A DNA stretch of 61,513 nucleotides, the filler included. It is 5 parts of 5 records of this genome, joined end to end, with 100 filler letters (N's around TTAATTAATTAA, not from the genome) between each part and the next. Parts side by side here need not be neighbours in the genome. Positions count along the whole stretch, not along the records: positions 54,943 to 61,513 come from DRR378314_881; 4 more parts are not named here. One strand, given 5' to 3'. The notes under the pieces were generated by a model. It did not search any database. It worked only from the letters and a program-made list of their open reading frames with translations, and was not told the origin of the DNA. The translations under genes and the position numbers were made by a program. Below, piece after piece: positions 54,843 through 61,513 of this stretch. Positions within the stretch are counted from its first letter, which is position 1. Each line of letters starts with the position of its first letter.

Positions 54843-54942
54843 NNNNNNNNNNNNNNNNNNNNNNNNNNNNNNNNNNNNNNNNNNNNTTAATTAATTAANN
54901 NNNNNNNNNNNNNNNNNNNNNNNNNNNNNNNNNNNNNNNNNN
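54843..54942. other. Artificial contig-joining spacer
   Basis: 44 N + TTAATTAATTAA + 44 N. Confidence 0.98.
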
Positions 54943-56907
54943 AAGCAAGATTCTTCACGCTCAAAGGGTCGGTTGTTTTATGTCATTGTGTCCGCCTGAA
55001 CGAGGACGGCGCGGCTGCTGCCGGTGCAGCGCCTGCTGACTTCGCCGCGGACAGAGAGCGCCATCTATTTCACGATGGACGCTGCAAGCTTAGAGAGCCG
55101 CGTGTTTCCTTCGGGATGGTCTGCCGCATCTCTTCGTAAAGCAGCCGTTGTGGTAAGACGCCAAGTGATGATGTAGAAGGCCTGCCAATGCACCAGTGCT
55201 CATCGCGCGCGTCGAAGGAGCCTGGCTAGGTGGCCGGACGCCGCAACGTTAATTTGGCGCAGTTGAACCGTGCGCTGCATACTATCGGCGCATGATCCTC
55301 GCTGGAGATGAAAGTATTCCATATCCGATTTGCTTCTATGTTGTGCTTTGGCTTGCTAGGCGAGCGTCCTGTGCAATTCTGGTCGAATTACCGAAGCTTT
55401 AGTGCGCCGTACGTGCTGTACTTTTATGCACTTGTTTATCTTGGCGGGACGTGCTGCAATGGCGCGGAGCTTGCGAGAACTCTTCTGTTCCCTTTTTCTT
55501 GTTGGAAGCCTCAGAAGTAGCTCCGTTGCACCGTTGTCATTCAGACTGGAAAAAAAAAACGCTTTGGGGCGAATCCTTCTGCCACCCTTTCATCACTACT
55601 GCTCAGCGCTTCTTCGCGTGTGATTGATATTCGAGCGGGCGCGTAATTTTCGCACTCTTACAACGTGCTGCTCGCGTTCGCTTGCTATCGCCTGCACGTG
55701 CAGGAGCGAGATCCGCTGTGGCCGCCAAGTCCGGCGTCGCGACTCGCGCCCCCACTGCGCAGGTCGCTGCTCATGTTGGCCCTGGCGTATCTTGTCTTGA
55801 ATTCAACTCTCTACCTGTTCTCTTGATTTGAATAGTCATCGGTGAGATACGGCGTTGTTGGCTATATGCTAATCTGTACGTGCGCTTCAGTGCGCAACAT
55901 ACGGTTTCCAGTTCAACGTGCCGCGCCAAAGTGGAGAGAGTCGCCACGCACGTGTACTCGTTTATGAAATGAAACATGGTTCCCCTTGCCCAAGGCAAAG
56001 CGCATCGGCGCTTCTCCACGTAGGTCATGTAGCGCCTGAAGTAGTTTGAAAGCTGCAATAGCCGTCTTGTGCAGTGCAAGGGACTCTTTCTGTCGCAGAG
56101 GCGCCGAGCGAAACGCACAGCTAGTGGTCGGTACGGTGGAATCGCAGCAGCTCCGGTGCTGCAGTGCTTTGCTTTTGCTGCAATAGAGATAAAACAAGCG
56201 CGAGCAACAGAGGGCTGCAATCCCAGAAAGATGCAGTTCAACCACATGGGAATATTGCCACAAGATTTACACGTGTAAGGCAACTGTTGTGAGCGTGGAA
56301 GCATGCGTGCAGCACGACAGATTGTCTGCGTGCACGCGAGGACGACGCGCGTGGCGACCGCTTGCCGGCGTGGAAGCCCCTCTCCGCAAAGGTGCAAGCG
56401 CGGCGGAACGAATCACCAGCCCAGCTTCCCGCGCACAAGAGGATAGCGACAAAAACGGGCACTCATTCCTGATGATGATACAAAATAATCCAGAGGAGTA
56501 CCCGTGTGAACCACCCCTGCGCTTCCAGCGCCTTATCACGCGGAAGGAAACGTTTCGTGCGCTCGGCCAGCAAGCGAGTCACCCTGCCGCACGCTGTTGC
56601 TGCTCGAGAAGAGTGGCACGGCGTACGCTTTGTTCTCCGCAGCTGCTCACCTTTTCCGGGATTCCGGAGTGTCAAACAGTGCAAGTTCTGCAGCAATAAA
56701 GCTTCGATCGAGATGCTCGTGAACGTGTCCGGATTCTGCCCCGGAATATTGCACGGAGCGGAAGCGGAGAGGTTGAGTGGTGGCCGTCGTCTTTTCCAGC
56801 GAAGCGCCGCGGTTGTCGGCGGGAAAGGCGTCGTCTTGCACTCCCTTGCGCCGTCACGGCAACAGAGGACGATTCCATTCCCCCGTGCATACATGTCACC
56901 CGCGTAC

Positions 56908-57105
56908 CTTGCACAAAAACGCCCCGCGTATGACGGAAATTCATCTGCTCGAGATATTCAATGATCAGACCATGCACCAAGGCATGCTCCGGTACGACTT
57001 CAGGGCGCGGTTCGTTTGGGAGCTGCAATGCACGGAAGACCTCGCCCTCGAGCCGCGCGCGCATGCGGCCCAGGGTTCCATCTTTCTCGAGTAGCTCCTC
57101 CACAG
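56908..57105 (-). CDS. CEP20: Internal exon of a FOR20/FOPNL (CEP20)-like LisH centriolar protein
   Basis: VEELLEKDGTLGRMRARLEGEVFRAL...EPRPEVVPEHALVHGLIIEYLEQMNFRHTRGVFVQ resembles the FOP/FOR20 TOF-LisH region (LE..G.L....A.IRAEVF.AL...PRP....EN.LI.ELI.EYL.F..Y..T.SV). Bounded by CCGCAG| and |GTACGC. Flanking exons are not resolved. Confidence 0.78.
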
Positions 57106-58438
57106 CTGCGGCATACGACAGACGGGCGCTCTCTACGTAAGCCTGTGTAATATTTTGATTGATTCTAAGCGATGAATCTATGAAATCCCGTTATGAGGAT
57201 TGTGGCTGTGAATGAGAAAGGGAAAGCGGGGTGGAGAGGCGAACGCTACTCTGCAGCGTTGCTATTCCTCATGCCTCAGTGCTGGCGGAGCACCGACCCA
57301 GCTTCCCGCCGCGATTCCCCGTTTCACCGAAGTACGCCACAGTAACTGTGAAAGGTTGTGCCTTGGATGGGTGCCTTGGTTTGGTAAGATCATGGGTATA
57401 CAGGCTACAAACCGTTTCTGAGAAGAAAATTCACGCCCATCCTGCCAAGCACGGGCGCGGAACGGGGGAAACCCTGTGCCCCGCAAAGGGAGTGCACGCG
57501 CAGTGCGTATCGTGCGATACGATAGGAAACGAAAGGCCTCAGTCTGCCAACACACCCTTGCGAAGATCGTCCAGCGATGCCATAGGCAAACTCCGATGGC
57601 GCTCTGATTGTTCTGATTCTACGCCCTGCGTACCCGTCGTCGCTGATCTGGAAAACAGAAATGGAGAAAAGGGAGTGTGAACACGCACCCGATGCAAACG
57701 CCCACCGCTTTCGATGAAGGAATTGTGGCGCGCTTCGCCTTCACGACAGTCGTGTTTTCGCTATCGCAGAAAGTTGCGGTATGTCGTCGTGCCGACGTCG
57801 GTGCGGTGGGGAAGAAGCGGCGTGTTTGAGCTCCAGGCTCTGTACCACGCCGTCGGAATGTTCGACGCGCTCCAAGCCATTACCTTTCCGATGGAAGCGC
57901 GCTTATCGCGTTTCCGACTGGCTCGCTTCCAAGCGCGACAAACAGCAAAATGACGCGCCGACAACGAAGAGCTGCACGAGCCGTAGCGAGGCAGCGCTTT
58001 AGCCTTGCGCGCGCGTTGCCCGAGCAGGAAGAAGAAGAATGCGCGCAGCTTTCGCGTTGCGCTCTACGTCCCACACTTTCCCAAAATTGGGGATGGCGCA
58101 TGGAAGACTGGCAGGCCGGCCCTCGGGAAACGGCCACAGACTTCTCAGGACAGGCCACTGCGAACAGATATCGAGGCAAGTATCCTGTTCCTTATTTGCC
58201 TCTGGATTATTGTACATCGTACATACTATTACAAGTACAATTTAGTGATATGCGACCAAAGAGCAGGCGTTTATTTGCTCATGCACGGCTTGCCGCGCGC
58301 TTCCCCCTGGGCGCTATCGCCGAGCATACCCACGCAGTACGTCAGGACCCCGCCATAGCCAGCATCTCCGCGGGGCATTCGTGAAACAATGCTGAGCTCA
58401 TTCTGCACAAACCACCACAACCAAGGTGTCCGTGCACG

Positions 58439-61400
58439 TCACTTGTCAGGCTGCCCTAGTGCTAAAAGATCTTCAAACGCGCTTGCGGTGCGGTTCGCAG
58501 ACCCGCCTTCCGATGCATCGGCACCATCGCTATCTGAATCCGAGTCGCCTAACGAGGCGAGCAGCGTAGCCGCAGCGCGCGCCTGAGGATTCGCAGCGGC
58601 ACACGCGGAAGGCAGCGTCGATCGCCCCGTGTTACCGACACTGCTGGAACTAGAATGCAGTGTACGCTCACAGGCTATTTCCATTTTACCACGATCTCGA
58701 GTGAAAAGCGTGTCTTTGCTGTGTCCCTGCTCCGGAGCGGCGTCGCGCTGCGCAGCTACGTGTCCCGCACGGGCTTCCATCTCCGGTGCTACTTTAACGA
58801 AGGTGACGCGGTTGGCTGTCGCGCATTGCGAGTCATGATCGTCAAATGTAGAGTGAGACCGCACATTGCCTCCGGTATCTATGGGCGCTAGATCTAAAGC
58901 ATTTGGGACAGGTGCTCGTGCGGTGCTTGCGTCCGAGCTCGCGTCCTCTGCGGGTGCGTGAATCGCGTTGTCCGACCCTGCCTGCCCATCCACGGCATCA
59001 ACCGCATGCTCGCTCCGGCCCAGGTCGGCGTATTGATCCTTGCACTCCACAGCATCGCTTTTTGCGATAGTGCTCCCATGTGCACACGGTGAATCAGAAG
59101 CCAAATCGTCGCTCTGGGAACTCGACGGCGCACTGATACGCGCTGTGCGTGCCCACGCCGCCACATCGTGCGCGCCGGCAATCGTACCGTGCGCCGATAT
59201 GAATCGCAGCACGCTGCCCCACGTTGGATGTGCCTGTAGATTCCTTCGGTGTCCGCACACAAGCAAGTGATTCTTTGCTCGGGTGATTGCCACGTTCAAG
59301 CGGTTCGGCGACACCGTAAACCCCACGCCCTCGGTACGTACACAGGCGAGGATAATGATGTCGCGCTCCGCGCCCTGGAACGCATCAACTGTCGACACTT
59401 GGATTCTGCAGGATTGGGAGTCGCCTGGCAGCGGAGCGCCTCCTAGACCGTGCGACCGGTCTTGACCAAGGAGAGATCTCAGAAGTGCGACCTGTGCCTT
59501 GTACAAAGCAATTATGCCAATCTGACTCTCTTCTATCCCAGCCTGTACGAAGCGCTGCGCCAGCTGCGCCACGAACCGCGCCTCTGCCGGGTTGGTCACG
59601 CTCGCGCCCCCACGGCTGCGCTCCTCCGCTCCGTTTGCGACGTCAGCAAACACAAGAGGCCCCAGCCCTTCGAGCAACGCGTGCCGATCGTCTGCGCTGA
59701 CCCCACAACGGAGACGCCGCTCATAGAATAGTAGGTTGGACAGAGTGCAAATTTTCGGATGGCAGCGGTACTGCGTGCGCAGCATGCTGACGGGTGTTCC
59801 GTTCTGCGCAAGACGGGCGAACAACGCGCGCCCAAGGCCTTCCTCGTCGTTGCGGCACTGCACGCCGAGCGTCGGAGGCAGCTGCAGAGGGTCGCCTACT
59901 AAGATCGCACGTGAGGCGCCGGCGCGCGCAAGAGGTAGAAGCGAGGATGGCTCGGACATTTGTGACGCTTCGTCGAGCACAACAAGCGGGAAGTCTGCGC
60001 CATTCATCACGGGGAACGAGGACGCGGCACACGTCACTCCCACTACGCGATAGGACTTGAGAAGCGCTTCGCGCGAGCGCGAGGCCTTGTGGACCAGAAA
60101 CTCGCGCAGCGCCGCCTGAACGCACGACCGATCTGCTGTCGAGAGCGAAGCGTCTGCTGCCATCTCGCGAAGTGCCTTTTCTGTGTCCGAGTCGGCATCT
60201 TTTCCTTGCCCGCGCACCGCCTGGGGCAGAATCGCCTTCGCTATCTTCCGTATCGACCCTACCCGCGCAAACTGATCGTACCCAGAGGCGAGCAGCCTGA
60301 GGAGGATATTATCAACAGCCACATTCGTAAGTGATGAGACCAGCAGCCTCCCGCTGTCGTTGCCATCTTCGTCCCATATTTGGGAAAGCAGTCGAATAAT
60401 GGCGACTAAGAGCGTTGATTTCCCGGCACCGAATACTCCATGCACGAGCATCACGGAATCGCGATGGGAGTGTCCAGCTTGCGGTGGTTCTCCGCTGGCG
60501 CGGAACCAAGCGACAACTCGACGCATTACCTCGCGCTGATCATCGTTCACAGAAAACAGTACGCACACGCGCGACAAGATCTTATTGAGATCGTCGCGCG
60601 AGAGATGGCGCAGCTGGAACGCGTCTTCGCCGTGTGTGCGGCAGGCAAACGCCGACACGTCACGCGACGCGGCGCCTGATCCGACAAGCGCGGGGAGAAG
60701 CGGCAATCGTTGCCCGAGGCCCGAGCGAACGCACTCGAGCATAGAGAACTCGCTGGCGACTTCGCCTACACGCAGTGCATACACTTGTTGTGGCGATTTC
60801 CAGCTCACTGATCGGAAAACAGCTGCTGCCGCTGCAGCGGCAGTGCGGCCTTCCGCGGCAAGATTGCTCTCTGTGCCGTCGGCAGGGAGAAGCTGCATCA
60901 TGGATTTGGACGACAGGCCGTGCCAAGCTCCGCGGAAGAACACAGTGTCAGTGGGAGCAAATGGAAAACACTTCGATACAATCCATAGATCGTCTTTACT
61001 ATACGATGATGCACGCTCCTTTTCGTGATTCGGTACTTGGAGGAAGTATTTTACGGTGCGCGCTGCGCCGCTATCCTCGCCATCGCTGTCAGACGAGCTG
61101 CCGCGCTTCCGCCGCCGCGCGAAACGCATCGCCTGCGCTTTTTCCCAGTCGTCGTATTTGCGCGACACAAACAGCATCGAGCTGACGTATAGATTGACTC
61201 CCCGCCGCCGCAATGACTGTAAATTCTCTCGGGAAGGCGCCTGTGGCGCATGATGTACAAGTGCACGCGCAGCCTCCACGATACGCAGGTTCAGCTCCTC
61301 GACCAGCGCAGCCGCCATCGTGTTCTCGTACACTGTGCCGGAGGGAAAAGAGTCCGGTATCGTGACGCTCCGTTCAGCAAGTTTGGACGACGAAGCAAGA

Positions 61401-61513
61401 GATTGTGAGGATGGGTAGCGAAGAACAGCGACAGTACGCGCATGCTTGAGTGCCTGTAATGCACTTGGTGGCTTCTGTGGAATTGCCGGCGCCGTTGGAG
61501 TCGATGCGTTCAG
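58439..61513 (-). CDS. ZGRF1-like DNA2/NAM7 (Upf1-like SF1) helicase, 5' partial
   Basis: The frame is open from the window end (61513) to the stop at 58439. Motifs: LVHGVFGAGKS, SSLTNVAVDNIL, LDEASQMSEP, LVGDPLQLPPT, LRTQYRCHP, VSTVDAFQGAERD, RLNVAITRAK. Upstream SSYSKDDLWIVS and VHGVFG are as I recall for ZGRF1. Confidence 0.88.
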   Translation of the reverse strand: MNASTPTAPAIPQKPPSALQALKHARTVAVLRYPSSQSLASSSKLAERSVTIPDSFPSGTVYENTMAAALVEELNLRIVEAARALVHHAPQAPSRENLQSLRRRGVNLYVSSMLFVSRKYDDWEKAQAMRFARRRKRGSSSDSDGEDSGAARTVKYFLQVPNHEKERASSYSKDDLWIVSKCFPFAPTDTVFFRGAWHGLSSKSMMQLLPADGTESNLAAEGRTAAAAAAAVFRSVSWKSPQQVYALRVGEVASEFSMLECVRSGLGQRLPLLPALVGSGAASRDVSAFACRTHGEDAFQLRHLSRDDLNKILSRVCVLFSVNDDQREVMRRVVAWFRASGEPPQAGHSHRDSVMLVHGVFGAGKSTLLVAIIRLLSQIWDEDGNDSGRLLVSSLTNVAVDNILLRLLASGYDQFARVGSIRKIAKAILPQAVRGQGKDADSDTEKALREMAADASLSTADRSCVQAALREFLVHKASRSREALLKSYRVVGVTCAASSFPVMNGADFPLVVLDEASQMSEPSSLLPLARAGASRAILVGDPLQLPPTLGVQCRNDEEGLGRALFARLAQNGTPVSMLRTQYRCHPKICTLSNLLFYERRLRCGVSADDRHALLEGLGPLVFADVANGAEERSRGGASVTNPAEARFVAQLAQRFVQAGIEESQIGIIALYKAQVALLRSLLGQDRSHGLGGAPLPGDSQSCRIQVSTVDAFQGAERDIIILACVRTEGVGFTVSPNRLNVAITRAKNHLLVCGHRRNLQAHPTWGSVLRFISAHGTIAGAHDVAAWARTARISAPSSSQSDDLASDSPCAHGSTIAKSDAVECKDQYADLGRSEHAVDAVDGQAGSDNAIHAPAEDASSDASTARAPVPNALDLAPIDTGGNVRSHSTFDDHDSQCATANRVTFVKVAPEMEARAGHVAAQRDAAPEQGHSKDTLFTRDRGKMEIACERTLHSSSSSVGNTGRSTLPSACAAANPQARAAATLLASLGDSDSDSDGADASEGGSANRTASAFEDLLALGQPDK

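Noticed and set aside
54943-56900. Short ORFs on contig 5 downstream of the FOR20 exon (and most ORFs in 600-1700 and 3400-4400)
   Set aside because: No recognisable motifs. They probably lie in intron, UTR or intergenic DNA, though unresolved small exons may be present.

Overview
This window is not one replicon. It is five contigs joined by four identical artificial 100-nt spacers (44 N + TTAATTAATTAA + 44 N). Contigs 2-4 (8091-29166, 29267-40452, 40553-54842) are core chromosome of a high-GC gammaproteobacterium; an Alcanivorax-like identity is my inference. They carry nadB-rpoE-rseABC-degP-lepAB-rnc-era-recO-pdxJ, selO, gacS/barA, cysM; the yidC-rnpA-rpmH-oriC-dnaA-dnaN-recF-gyrB origin region with DnaA boxes, DnaA-trios and two parS sites; and rsd, lrgB/cidA, dsbB, an rmf-like ORF, gshA, tex, a pilH-like regulator, ompR/envZ, an MFS transporter, a CocE/NonD lipoprotein and ilvD. 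Contigs 1 (1-7990) and 5 (54943-61513) are nuclear DNA of a microbial eukaryote with spliceosomal introns. They hold a six-exon U2 snRNP A' gene, a FOR20/CEP20 exon and a ZGRF1-like SF1 helicase. The most notable signal is an intron-split nuclear smpB gene (1766 to about 3388), not seen as a unit in the ORF track. It has a mitochondrial-presequence-like N-terminus and alphaproteobacterial-type motifs, which suggests organellar tmRNA-based ribosome rescue (trans-translation) in this eukaryote. All calls come from reading and hand-translating the sequence; no searches were run.
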